This document shows positions 19,288 through 32,380 of a stretch of DNA of 64,000 nt, piece after piece. A program made the position numbers and the translations under genes. The notes below the pieces were generated by a model, which was not told the DNA's origin, did no database searches, and saw nothing but the letters and a program-made list of their open reading frames with translations. Origin of the DNA: the human T2T-CHM13v2.0 reference genome, Homo sapiens; the NCBI RefSeq assembly GCF_009914755.1, contig NC_060926.1; one strand, given 5' to 3'. Position 1 is the stretch's first letter; each line of letters opens with the position of its first letter.

Positions 19288-21462
19288 TTTTTTTATTGAT
19301 AATTCTTGGGTGTTTCTCACAGAGGGGGATTTGGCAGGGTCATGGGACAATAGTGGAGGGAAGGTCAGCAGATAAACAAGTGAACAAAGGTCTCTGGTTT
19401 TCCTAGGCAGAGGACCCTGCGGCCTTCCGCAGTGTTTGTGTCCCTGATTACTTGAGATTAGGGATTGGTGATGACTCTTAACGAGCATGCTGCCTTCAAG
19501 CATCTGTTTAACAAAGCACATCTTGCACCGCCCTTAATCCATTTAACCCTGAGTGGACACAGCACATGTTTCAGAGAGCACAGGGTTGGGGGTAAGGTCA
19601 CAGATCAACAGGATCCCAAGGCAGAGGAATTTTTCTTAGTGCAGAACAAAATGAAAAGTCTCCCATGTCTTCTACTTTCTACACAGACACAGCAACCATC
19701 CGATTTCTCAATCTTTTCCCCACCTTTCCCGCCTTTCTATTCCACAAAGCCGCCATTGTCATCCTGGCCCGTTCTCAATGAGCTGTTGGGCACACCTCCC
19801 AGACGGGGTGGTGGCCGGGCAGAGGGGCTCCTCACTTCCCAGTAGGGGCGGCCGGGCAGAGGCGCCCCTCACCTCCCGGACGGGGCGGCTGGCCGGGCAG
19901 GGGGGCTGACCCCCTCCCCACCTCCCTCCCGGACGGGGCGGCTGGCCGGGCGGGGGGCCGACCCCCCCACCTCCCTCCCGGACGGGGCGGCTGGCCGGGC
20001 AGAGGGGCTCCTCACTTCCCAGTAGGGGCGGCCGGGCAGAGGCGCCCCTCACCTCCCAGACGGGGCGGCTGGCCGGACGGAGGGCTGACCCCCCCACCTC
20101 CCTCCCGGACAGGGCGGCTGGCCGGGCGGGGGGCTGACCCCCCAACCTCCCTCCCGGACGGGGCGGCTGGCCGGGCAGAGGGGCTCCTCACTTCCCAGTA
20201 GGGGCGGCTGGGCAGAGGCGCCCCTCACCTCCCAGACGGGGCGGCTGGCCGGGCGGAGGGCTGACCCCCCCACCTCCCTCCCGGACGGGGCGGCTGGCCA
20301 GGCGGGGGGCTGACCCCCCCACCTCCCTCCCGGACGGGGCGGCTGGCCGGGTGGGGGGGCTGACCCCCCCATCTCCCTCCCGGACGGGGTGGCTGGCCGG
20401 GCTGAGGGGCTCCTCACTTCCCAGTAGGGGCGGCCGGGCAGAGGCGCCCCTCACCTCCCGGACGGGGCGGCTGGCCGGGCGGGGGGCTGACCCCCCCACC
20501 TCCCTCCCGGACGGCACGGCTGGCCAGGCGGGGGGCTGACCCCCCCACCTCCCTCCCGGACGGCGCGGCTGGCCAGGCGGGGGGCTGACCCCCCCACCTC
20601 CCTCCCGGACGGGGCGGCTGGCCGGGCGGGGGGCTGACCCCCCCACCTCCCTCCCGGACGGCACGGCTGGCCGGGCGGGGGGCTGACCCCCCCACCTCCC
20701 TCCCGGACGGCACGGCTGGCCGGGCGGGGGGCTGACCCCCCCACCTCCCTCCCGGATGGGGCGGCTGGCCGGGCGGGGGGCTGACCCCCCACCTCCCTCC
20801 CGGACGGCACGGCTGGCCGGGCGGGGGGCTGACCCCCCCCCCCACCTCCCTCCCGGACGGGGTGGCTGCCGGGCGGAGACGCTCCTCACTTCCCAGATGG
20901 GGTGGCTGCCGGGCGGAGAGGCTCCTCACTTCTCAGACGGGGCAGCTGCCGGGCGGAGGGGCTCCTCACTTCTCAGACGGGGTGGTTGCCAGGCAGAGGG
21001 TCTCCTCACTTCTCAGACGGGGCGGCCAGGCAGAGACGCTCCTCACCTCCCAGACGGGGTCTCGGCCGGGCAGAGGCGCTCCTCACATCCCAGATGGGGC
21101 GGCGGGGCAGAGGCGCTCCCCACATCTCAGACGATGGGCGGCCGGGCAGAGACGCTCCTCACTTCCTAGATGTGATGGCGGCTGGGAAGAGGCGCTCCTC
21201 ACTTCCTAGATGGGATGGCGGCCGGGCGGAGACGCTCCTCACTTTCCAGACTGGGCAGCCAGGCAGAGGGGCTCCTCACATCCCAGACGATGGGCGGCCA
21301 GGCAGAGACACTCCTCACTTCCCAGACGGGGTGGCGGCCGGGCAGAGGCTGCAATCTCGGCACTTTGGGAGGCCAAAGCAGGCGGCTGCTCCTTGCCCTC
21401 GGGCCCCGCGGGGCCCGTCCGCTCCTCCAGCCGCTGCCTCCCGGGCGGCGCTCGCCGGCGCC
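19260..21462 (-). mobile_element. SVA_F1 (MAST2-SVA) retrotransposon
   Basis: Poly-A tail with AATAAA (19292-19297, minus), SINE-R about 19290-19800, GC-rich VNTR about 19800-21340, truncated Alu-like part to 21385, MAST2-derived 5' end and no CCCTCT hexamer. 14-bp TSD tcaagtccttcttt at 19246-19259 and 21463-21476. Confidence 0.95.
21386..21461 (-). other. MAST2 exon 1-derived 5' segment of the SVA_F1
   Basis: Translates RRRAPPGRQRLEERTGPAGPEGKEQ, matching the end of MAST2 exon 1 as I recall it. Joined at ...GAGCAG|CCGCCTGC, where a normal SVA has its cccag|ccgcctgc acceptor. Confidence 0.88.
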
Positions 21463-23835
21463 TCAAGTCCTTCTTTCACCCTAGGTCACTTCTGCCCCCT
21501 GCCCCCATTCTTAGAAAGCGCTGGTCCTCCTGTCTGTCCCCCAGCCGATACTCCATGCATGGCGTGTTGGGGTGCTCCTTCCCTCCTCGGCCCTCCCTCA
21601 AGCTCAAGTGTCACCTATACAGCTGCACCCCAGGTCTGTTTCAGGGTATGGGGAAACAGTCTACATCCTGCAGGCCTTAGGATGCTCAACTCTGGTGGGT
21701 GTCTCAGGTAGGTGGCAGACAGACATAAAGAGTCATTTTGCTTCTCCTTCCAGTTTGGGGTTGGGGACAACACTTTGAGGCTTCCTGAAGCCTACTGCCC
21801 AGACTGGGGCAGATGTTTCTCCTGCCTTCTGTTCTGTAGGACTGCTGGGGGCAGCTCCAGGCAAGGTCTTCTCTGCTCTCAGATTCTCCTAATCCTAGCT
21901 GGGATTTCTGTCGCCCTCTCCCCACCCCTGGGGATTGGTCCTGGGTCTAGGGTCTCTCCTGGGAACCTAGAAACATCCAAGTTTCCTTCACTTCCTCTCT
22001 GATTCTTAAAGATCCTGCCCTCAGGATGCTGTTCTGGTCAGGCAGGAGGAAACCTTCCTCTGGGATAACTCATCCGGCATTGTCCCCAGTCTGCTGGTTT
22101 ATAAACCGGGCCGGGCTTTTAGAAGTCAAAAGCCAAGATTTTGACCCATTCGTGGAGGCCATGAAGGCAGAGAGCTCATTGGCTTGAACAAGGAGGGGAG
22201 AGGTAACAGGAAACGTGGAGGGGAGACCACTTGTTGGCTAGCATTCCAAATACTATTCTGTGTATAGCTATATTTACATATGATCATTTATGCAAACCCC
22301 ACTGTAAACTCAAAGATGAAGGTGTTTTTTGCAGTCTAGTTAGGACCTAGTGCAGGCTGCCTCTAAGTGCAAAAACAGCTGTTTGATGTGAATTCTGCCT
22401 CCTAGGCAGTAAAATCTCCCCAGTCAGCATTCACTGAGCCCTGAGCAAGCCTGGACACTGGGGACATGCACAGAAGAGAATCCATTAAGTCCCTGCCCAC
22501 ATACAGCCCACAGTCTGGAAGGAGACCGAAGATCATCATTAACAGAATAAAGTGCTGCCTGTTGCCAAAATTCCTACAAGTAGGAGAGCACCCTGAGCAA
22601 GGGTAGACATCTAAAATTGGCCCACAAACTTAGCATCTTTAGAGGAAAGCAACTGCCTCGAGTGAGACCTCTCCGGGGCCTCACTCACTGCAGCTGAATC
22701 TGCCTCGGGGTGGGGCGGTCCCTGCAGCCAACACTGTGACTTACCATTCTAAAAGGCTGGCCCTCATGCAGGCCATCTGCAGGAACTAAGGCATTCCCAA
22801 GCAGTGAGCCTGCTCTTGGCTTGGCAGCGCATCTTGGAGAGTTATGAGGCAGCTCAGGCCTAGGCCCACCCTGCCCCAGGGTCCAGGTGGGGTCATTTTG
22901 GCAGCCTGGAGGGAGCTGGGTTCCAGGATTCTTGGAGGAGGCCTGGCTGGGGCACTTAGCTCCCATGGTGCTCTGTAATGCACTCCCCATTAGAGCTGCA
23001 TGTGTCGACACCTCCCTCCAAGGCTATCTTCCTGAGCTGTGCTTATGCCCGTAGCCTGCCCTCCTTTAGGCCTCCCCACCTCTTGCCTGCGTTGCTCTCT
23101 TGCTTGGACCCTGGCCTTCCCCCTCCAACCTGCCCTCTCCTCTGCTCAGAGGAGATTTTTCTAAAATGTCCATCTGACCATCCAACTCTCCTGCCCCTCA
23201 CTGCCTCCCCAAGGAGATTTTAAGATAAATTCCTAATATCTTAGATTAGTACAGAGCCCTTCCTCCCACACGCCCACCCCCAGCCCCATCCTCGGCCCAG
23301 CTCCCTCCTATTTCTGCTCCTCCCTCTCCCTGCACATCAGCTTCAAGCCAGCCCCAGCCCTGCCTGCCAACCCTCACCTGCAGGCCTCGGCACAAGCTGC
23401 ACTTTGCCTCACTGGTTCCCACTCATCTTTGTAGACCCAGTTCAAGATCCTTACCATCCTGGAAGCCTTTCAGGTTCACCAGCTGGGCCAGCACGATTGT
23501 CATGAGGTCTCACAGCACTTGTTCCACCCTATTAGCCCCTGTCTCTCCCAACAAGGAGGTGCCGCCTTATTTATCACTGATCTCCATCTGGCGCGTGTGC
23601 ACTCAAATGTGCATCCTGGGAGAAGCAGAGGAGGAGAGCTGGAGGGAGGGGGGAAGGAAGGTTGTTCTCCTTGCTCCTTCTCTGACTGGATGAAGCCCTT
23701 CTCTGGGGAGGGTGCTGCTCATTTCCCCAGTGCACCCTCAACAGCAACCAGACAGCGGGCCTTGGAGGCGGACGGAGATGCACAGAAAGGCCCATATGCT
23801 CTATTATCTTTTTTTTTCTGAAGAAGTCTTTATTT

Positions 23836-24168
<333 letters not shown>

Positions 24169-24477
24169 AAGAAGTCTTTATTTTGCATTATATTTTTTTA
24201 CTTTTTATTTTGAAATAATGACAAATTCACAGAAAGTTGCAAGATAATATAGAGAGATCCCGTGTACCATTCACCCAGGGTCCCCCAATGGTGATGCCTT
24301 GCATAACTACAGTATCATATAAAACCTAGGGATTTGACATTGGTACAATATGTGTGTATAGGTCTTTGTCATTTTATCAAATGTGTAGATCATTTCCCAG
24401 ACCAAAATGAGGGTTGGGCTGCTATGTCTTGTGGCCCAATAATGAGATGCAGATGAACTGGGGAGGAAGAAAGTTGG

Positions 24478-24750
24478 TTTTTTTTGTTTTGTTTTGTTTT
24501 TTGAGATGGAGTCTCGCTCTGTCTCCCAGGCTGGAGTGCAGTGGGTCAATCTCCGCTCACTGCAAGCGCTGCCCCCCGGGTTCATGCCATTCTCCTGCCC
24601 CAGCCTCCTGAGTAGCTGGGACTACAGGCACCCGTCACCATGCCTGGCTAATTTTTTTGTATTTTTAGTAGAGATGGGGTTTCACCATGTTTGCCAGGAT
24701 GGTCTCAATCTCATGACCTCGTGATCCACCTGCCTCAGCCTCCCAAAGTG
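24478..24750 (-). mobile_element. AluY-like, 5'-truncated
   Basis: TSD ggaagaaagtt at 24465-24475 and 24751-24761. Confidence 0.9.
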
Positions 24751-24853
24751 GGAAGAAAGTTTTTATTTCTGCAACCGGTTACAGGGAGAAGGTCTGGAAA
24801 TTATCACCAGACCAACTCAAAATTACTAAGTTTTCCAGAACTTATATACCTTC

Positions 24854-25153
24854 TTTTTTTTTTTTTTTTTTGAGATAGAGTCTCTCTCTTTTCATCTGGG
24901 CTAGAGTGCAGTGGCACGATCTCAGCTCACTACAACCTCTGCCTCCCAGGTTCAAGCGATTCTCCTGCCTTAGCCTCCTGAGCAGCTGGGATTACAGGCA
25001 TCCATCACCACACCTGGCTAATTTTGTACTTTTAGTACAGACAGGGTTTCACCATGTTGGCCAGGTTGGTCTTGAACTCCTGACCTCAGATGATCGACCC
25101 ACCTCGGCCTCCCAAAGTGCTGGCATTACAGGCGTGAGCCACTGTGCCCAGCC
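24854..25153 (-). mobile_element. AluSx-like
   Basis: Full antisense Alu with taccttct on both flanks. Confidence 0.9.
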
Positions 25154-25777
25154 TACCTTCTAAGCTATATGTCTATGTGTAAGTGTGCATTCACCTAAAG
25201 ACATAAGTGATTAACTTCTTTTAATCTATAACTAAGGTCTGAGTCCTGAAGACCTTCCTCTGGAGCCTCAGTAAATTTACTTAATCTAAATGGGTCCAGG
25301 TGCTGGGGTGATTACCCTTATCTTGTCTCCTGCTGAATCATGGAGGTTTGGGGAGTTCCTTCAGACTCTCAATAAGCTTGTTTGTGGGGCCTGGGGAGTT
25401 TCTTCAGACCCACGATAAAACGTATTTAATCCTAAATGGGTCCTGTTAAGAATTCCTTCATTACGTTGTCATGCGTTAAGGCCCAGGAAAGACCTAGGCA
25501 AAACTCTCGGTGGGCTCTTTGTTACATTCCAGCCTTTTCATAAGGGCACTGGCTTTTAATATTTAACTTAACCACTCAGTACTGAAACAGTTGTTACGGA
25601 GGCCTGCATTAGTGAGACCTGGCCTGCCACAATAGTAACCACTGCCACGATGGAAATACCACCCCGCTAGGTGACTGGTGCTACCCCTCAGTCACATCCG
25701 CCCCTACCACCCTTCACCTGGCAACCACTCACCTGTTTTCCATTTCTAAGATTTTGTCATTTCAAGAATGTTACATG

Positions 25778-26070
25778 GGCTGGGCATGGTGGCTCACGCC
25801 TGCAATCCCAGCACTTTGGGAGGCTAAGGTGGGCAGATCGCCTGAGGTCAGGAGTTCTAGACCAGCCTTGCCAACATGGTGAAACCCCATCTGTACTAAA
25901 AATACAAAAATTAGCCGGGCATGGTGGGGCATGCCTGTAATCCCAGCTACTCGGGAGGCTGAAGCAGGAGGATTGCTTGAACCTGGGAGGCAGAGGTTTC
26001 AGTGAGCCAAGATGGCACCACTGCATTCCAGCCTGGGCAACACAGCAAGATTCTGTCTCAAAAAAAAAAA
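25778..26070 (+). mobile_element. AluSx-like
   Basis: Full Alu with A tail. Confidence 0.9.
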
Positions 26071-26078
26071 TGTTGTAT

Positions 26079-26378
26079 GGCCAAGAGCAGTGGCTTGTAC
26101 CTGTAATCCCAATACTTTGGGAAGCCAAGGCAGGAGAATCACTTGAGCCCAGGAGTTCGAGACCAGCCTGAGCAACATAGTGAGACCCTCACCTCTACAA
26201 AAAAAATTAAAAATTAGCCAAGTATGGTGGCATGCACCTATAGTCTCAGATACTCAGGAAGCTGAGGTTGGAGGATCCCTTGAGCCCAGGAGTTCAAAGT
26301 TACAGTAAGCCATGATCATGCCACTGCACTTCAGCCTGGGCAACAGGGCAAGACCTTGTCTTAAAAAAAAAAAAAAAA
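26079..26378 (+). mobile_element. AluJ-like, tandem with the previous Alu
   Basis: Diverged Alu with ttgagcccaggagttc in both arms. Confidence 0.88.
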
Positions 26379-26379
26379 G

Positions 26380-27630
26380 GTTGTATGATGGAATCATAAA
26401 GTATGTGGTTTCACTGAAAACCACACCTTTAGAGCCATCCAAGCTCCAAGCTGTTGCATCTATTAGTAGTTCATTCTTCAGCATTGCTGAGTAGTATTCC
26501 ATGGTGTAGGTGAATGGATCACAGTTTAACCATTCGCCTATTGGGAAACATGTACATTGATTACAATTTTTGACTATTGCAAGTAAAACTACTTTGAACA
26601 ATGGTGTACACACCTTTGTGTAAACATAGTTTTCATTTCTCTAGATAAACACCCAAGAGTACAATTGCCAGATCGTATCACAAGTATATGTTTAGTTTTC
26701 TAAGAAATTGTCAAACTCTTTTCCAGACTGGCTGTACCATTCTCCATTCCCACCAGCAAAGTATGGGAGATCTAGTTTCTCTGTATCCTCACCAGCATTT
26801 GGTGTTGTCACTGTTTTCCATTTTAGCTGTTCTAATAAGCATATAGTGATATCTCATCATGGTCTTAATTTGCATTTTCCTAATGGCTAGTGATGCTGAA
26901 CATCTTTTTATGTGCTTGTTTGCCATCTGTATCTCCTCTTCAGTGAAATGTCTCTTTATGGCTTCTGCCTAACTTCTAATTGGATTGCTTCTTTTTTTCA
27001 CTGTTGAGTTTTGAGAGCTCTTTATGTATTCCAGATAATAGTCCTTTGTAGGAAATGTGGTTTGCAAATATTTTCTCACAGTCCGTAGCTTGTCTTTTTA
27101 TCCATCTAAGAGGGTCTTTTGCAGAGCAAAATTTTTTAATTTTGATGAAATTCAATTGATCCATTTTTTTTCTTTCAAGGATTGTACTTTTGATGTCATA
27201 TTTAAGAACTCTTCACCAAGCCTTAGGTCCAAAAGATTTTTCCATATATTGCCTTCTAAAAGATTTCTAGTTTTATAACTTACGTTTAATCTATGATCCA
27301 TTTTGAGTCAGCTTTTGCAACAGATGTGAAGTTTAGGGCAAGGTCTATTTTTTTGCCTCTCAGTACCTAATTGCTCCAGCACCAGTCATTGAAATGACTA
27401 TCATCCTTCCATTGATAACCTTTGCACCTTTGTCAAAAATCAATTGGCAACACTTCTGAGGGGCTATTTCTGGATTCTCTTTTTTGGGAGTGGTTCTCTA
27501 TTTTGTTGCTTTATCTGTGTGTCTGTTCCTTTGCTGATCCCATGTAGAGTTAATTACTGTACCTATATGAAAGCAGGTAGAGAGGTTTTCCCCAATTTAT
27601 TCTTCCTTTTTGAAGTTGCTCTAGCTATTG
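26380..27630 (-). mobile_element. L1M (MB/MC-type) fragment, ORF2 3' region / 3' UTR
   Basis: Antisense L1 motifs (tttgcattttcctaatggctagtgatgctgaacatc). ORF 26976..27164 is L1 ORF2-like (FIKIKKFCSAKD...KRQATDCEKIFANH). Confidence 0.82.
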
Positions 27631-28370
27631 TATAATAAAGAATTTGATTGGCTTTTGTCCCTGGTTCCTGGGAAGGAGACTAACTACTCAGAATTTTCCA
27701 AGGAACGGGAATGTCTGTTATTTACAAGCGCCTTGGATCCCACCTGGGTTTATGACGAGAGATGAAATGACTCAGGATGGGGCTGGTCACCAGAAAGGCC
27801 AACCATGTGGTTAGAGGGTCCAGACTTTGAGCCAGCCCAAACTCCACAGAAAGGAGGGGGCTGGAGAGTGCATTCAATCAGATGATCCATATTCAATCAG
27901 TCATGCCTGTGTGATGAAACTTCCAAAAAAAGTCTGGACACTGAAGCTCAGTGGAGCCTTCAGATTAGTTAACACACTGGCGTACCAGGATGGTGATGCA
28001 TCTTGATTCCACAGGGAGAGAGCACAGAAGATCCACATCCAGGACCTCCCAGGCTTCTCCGCATGTGTCTCTTCATGTGGCTTTTCCTGATTTGTATCCC
28101 TTATTTAAAAAACAGTAATCATAAATATAGTGGTTTCCTGAGTTCTGAGTGTCATTTTAGTGAATTCTTGAACCTGAGGAGGTCATGGGAACCCCCCAGG
28201 TTTGTAGCCAGTTGGTCAGAAGTGCATGTGTCCTGGGAACCCCACTGTGGCTGGTGTCTGGAAGAAAGCAGTCCTTGTTGAGGTCCATGCCCTTTAATTT
28301 GTGAGATCTGTGCTAACTCTGGATAGCTTCTGCCAGAATTGTCCTGCAGTACACCTCACTGGTGTCAGAA
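27630..28370. mobile_element. MER21-like LTR
   Basis: tttgtccctggttcctggga..., ggggctggtcaccagaaaggccaaccatgtggttagagg and ...ctggtgtcaga motifs, interrupting L1. Confidence 0.6.
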
Positions 28371-28399
28371 TAGTTTGGGTTGGTTGAATGGAATAACTT

Positions 28400-29120
28400 T
28401 TCCAGGCCCTATGCCTTTCCATATAAATTTTAGGATAATCCTAAATTTTATATTTACAAATATAAAATTTGTATATATTTACAAAATTTTTGGCTATATT
28501 TACAAAATTTCTGGCTGGGATTTTTACAGGAATTGCATTGTATATCAGTCTGGGGAGAACTGACATCTTTTCGGTGTTGAATCTTCCAACCTATGAATAC
28601 TATATATCTTCCATTTATTTAGATCTTTTTTGACTACTTTCATTAGAATTTGTTATTAGATGATCAAGTCATTTACAGATAGGGATAGTTTTATTTTTAC
28701 CTTTCTTATCTGTATGCCTTTAATTTCCTTTTCTTGACTTACTGCCCTGGCTAGAGCTTCCAGTACTATGTTGAATAGCACTGGTAAGAGTGGGCATCCT
28801 TGCCTGGTTCCCAATGTTAAGGAGAAAGCACCAGTCTTACACCAAGTATATTAGCTGTAGGTTCCTTGTAGATGTTCTTTATCAAGTTGAGGAAGTTCTC
28901 CTAAATTCCTAGTTTTCTGAGAGTTTTCATCATAAACTAGTGTTGAATTTTGCCGAATGCTTTTTCTAGATCAGTCAATAGGATCATATGATTGAATATT
29001 AAACCAGCCTCGCTGGAATAAATCCCTCTTGGTCATCATGTATAACCTTTGTATATATTGCTGAATTCTATTTGCTAATATTTTTGTTAAGAATTTTCGC
29101 ATCCATATTCATGCCATATA
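28400..29120 (-). mobile_element. L1M ORF2 fragment
   Basis: Antisense L1 motifs (tccagtactatgttgaatag...gggcatccttgcctggttcc). Confidence 0.78.
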
Positions 29121-30259
29121 TAATCATCTAAACATTTAACATCAGTATTTTCTGAATGAATCATTTGAGAAGATCTTTTTTGTAGGTTAAGTCAATGAAC
29201 ACTGGATTAAACACTCAAGAGTTTATTTTTCCCATATAATAATAAGTCTGCAGAAAGGTAGCCTTGGGCAGATGCAATTGTGCAGGGGTGTCATCAAGGA
29301 CAGAGGTTCCTTCCGTTTTCCAACTCAGTCTCTCTGAGAATAGTTTGTGAGAGATTTGTCCTCACAGCTGCAGGACAGCTGCTGTGCCTCCTGCATTAAT
29401 TAGGGAGGAGGGGAGGGGCAAAAAGTAAAGAGCTGAAGCGACAGCCCCCCAAGGGTGTCCCTTGTACAGACATCCAGAAGCCCCGCCCAATGAGTGACTT
29501 TTGCCTTCATCCTGTTGGCCAGAACTGGGTCACGCACCATGCTTAGCAACAAGGAGATCTGGGGAAGTGAGTATTAAAGCAGACACAGCACTCTGACCAC
29601 CCTGCTGCCAGTGTGGAGGCAAAGCAGGCAACCGGTGCAGGCGCCCTGGATTACCTGCCTGACCACGTGACAGTGAGGTCCTGTTGGCCACATCTGTGTG
29701 GAATTTCAGTTTCTGTTTAAGATCATACTGGCACCGAGTAGAATTCTGTGTCTCCAGGTAAATGTAAGAGAACAGGGCAGATTTCATAATGTCAAAGTTG
29801 GCGTCAAGTCAAGAGAAGGCCAAACAACTTCATAATGCCCCATAAAAAAAAAGCTTCACAATAGTTTGGGTAAAGTAGTTGGAGAATTGAGTCTTCTCCT
29901 GACACCAAGTTCTATGGGCATGCCAGCTAAACCTGTAAATTAAAACAGAGCAACAGCCTGTACCCCTGCAAAGAGGATAATAAAGCAATATCCTTCATCA
30001 CATTCAATTTATGTTGTTAATTTTATTTTATGGGTTTTACCGATTGTTTTCCAACTTTTCCTAATGGAAAATTTCAAACATAAATAAATGGAAAAAATAA
30101 CACAACAAACCCTCATATACCCATGATCTCCATGCAACAGTTGTGACCACTTTGTCACACATATCTGTGGTGAAAAATTATATATTTATTATAAATATAT
30201 ATACGAACCATTTGAAAGTTCATTGCAGGTGACACTTTACTCCTAAAGATTTCAGTGTG

Positions 30260-30574
<315 letters not shown>

Positions 30575-31565
30575 TCAGTGTGCAACTCCTAAGAATAAGA
30601 ATTTCTACATAAACACACTGCCATTATCACGCCTTAGAAATTTAACAATAATATATCTATTATCTAATATCTAATCCACATTAAATTTAATTTAACTTTA
30701 CCAGTTGTCACACTGGTGTTTTTAACGGTGTTAAAAACAGGATTCAGTTAAGGTTCACACATTGGATTTGTTGCTAGGATATTTTAGGCTGTTTTGAACA
30801 GCCCCCACCAGCTTTTGAGACGATATGATATTACCTGTTTGAGGAAACCAGGTCAGTTTTCTTAAAGAACGTTCCATATTCTGAATGTTGTTTCCTTGGC
30901 CTTTGGTTTAACTTGTTCGCCTGGACTTATCATAAACTGGAAGTCAGCTCTGGATCCTTTTCAGCAGACACTCTTCACACTGCTTTACAACAGGAGGTGC
31001 CTAACGTCAGCTGGTCCCGTTGTTCATGAGATTCGGGTTGATCACTTGGCAGAGTTGGTGACAACCTGCTCCTTCCGTCGTCAAGGTTTATTTTCATCTC
31101 GCAATTAGCAGATGAGCTGCGGGATGGTCATTTGGCACCACGCAAGTATCCTGACCCCCAGCAAGCTCCAACTAGTGGCTTAACCATCCCTGGATGATCG
31201 ATTTCCAAATCAGTTATTTCACTGGGGTTTGCCAAGTGGTTATTTTCTAATTCTGTCAATCTTTCTAAAAAGCATTCTTGCTAAAAAATAGTATAAATGC
31301 TTAATTCCTTCTCTTTATTTCCAGAATACGGAATTGATAGAATAGTCATCGATGTGGGCAAACAAGACGGATTTCCCCTCTTTCTTTCTCTCTCTTTCTT
31401 TTTAAACTTGCTATGGACTCATGGATTTCTATTTATTCGATGTTTCCAATCAATTCAGTCCTTATTCTTTTTGATGCTCATATTATATTATCTCAAATCT
31501 GGCCAGCAGGAGTCCCTTCTAGCTGGCTCCTTGTCCTTTTGGTATGCCCCTATTAGTCTTTGAAA

Positions 31566-32013
31566 GTGATTTAGTGAGGGTTCCCTAGAGAAACACAACC
31601 CAAAGGAGGGGCATGTGAGTGTGTGTGTTTGTGTGTGAGATATATATATATATATATATACATACACACATATATATACACATTCTTTTTAAGGACTTGC
31701 TTCACACATTTGTGGAGGCAGGCGAGTCTGAAATCTGTAGGGCAGGCCAGCATGCTGGACATGCAAGCAAGGTTTCTATGCTACAATCAGGCAGAATGGC
31801 TTCTGCTCCAGGAAACTCCAGTTTTGGCTCTTGAGGCCTTCAACTGATAGGATGAGGTCCCCTCACACTATCAAGGGTAAACTCCTTTACTTGAAGTCAA
31901 CAGATTGTAGCTGTTAATCCATCTACAAAACACCTTCATGGCAACATCTAGACTCCTGTTTGACAAAACTACTGGGCACCATAGTTTAAGGTGACACACG
32001 AAATTTTCCAACA
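31566..32013 (-). mobile_element. MLT2-type (ERVL) LTR with an internal (TG)/(TA) microsatellite
   Basis: agggttccctagagaaacacaacc...aaggacttgcttcacacatttgtggaggc...ggccttcaactgataggatgagg. Confidence 0.7.
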
Positions 32014-32054
32014 CAGAATGGTCCCTTTTTTCCTGACATACTTCAGGTTCATTC

Positions 32055-32380
32055 ATATAGGTTAAATATTTGTGTCCCCTGAAAAAATTCACATGTTAGA
32101 ATCCTATCACCCCATGGAGAGGATTTGTAGATGAAGTCTTTAGGAGGTGATTAGGTCATGGGATTAGTGCCTATACAAAAGAGACCCCAGAGAGCTCCCT
32201 TCTGCCTTCTGCCATCTGTGAAGGCACAGAGAGAAAACGGCCATCTAGGAACAAGAAAGTGGGTCCCCACGAGACACCAAACCTGCTGGTGCCTCGATTT
32301 TGGACTTCCCAGCCTCCAGAACTGTAAGAAATAAATATATGTTGTTTATGAACCACCCAGTCCAGGTAGTTTGCAGAAAA
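32055..32380 (+). mobile_element. MLT1A-type MaLR LTR
   Basis: ttggacttcccagcctccagaactgtaagaaataaat and other MaLR motifs. Confidence 0.8.

Larger units (their letters stand above)
24392..25631 (-). mobile_element. ERV1 solo LTR (MER39-like) interrupted by two Alus, nested in L1M
   Basis: Minus strand starts TGTGGCAGGCCAGGTCTCACTAATGCAGGCC, recalled as the MER39 5' end. L1 sequence resumes on both sides. Confidence 0.65.

Noticed and set aside
19800-21340. Regularly spaced repeats resembling a CRISPR array
   Set aside because: Tandem VNTR units without unique spacers, in human DNA with no cas genes.
21239-21466. Apparent MAST2-SVA fusion peptide ORF
   Set aside because: It starts at a TTG within the TSD rather than an ATG, and the MAST2 start codon is missing. 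Not a MAST2 gene copy.
19465-21711. Many long overlapping ORFs (up to 269 aa) with repetitive G/P/R peptides
   Set aside because: They are translations of the SVA VNTR and SINE-R, with no evidence of a real gene.
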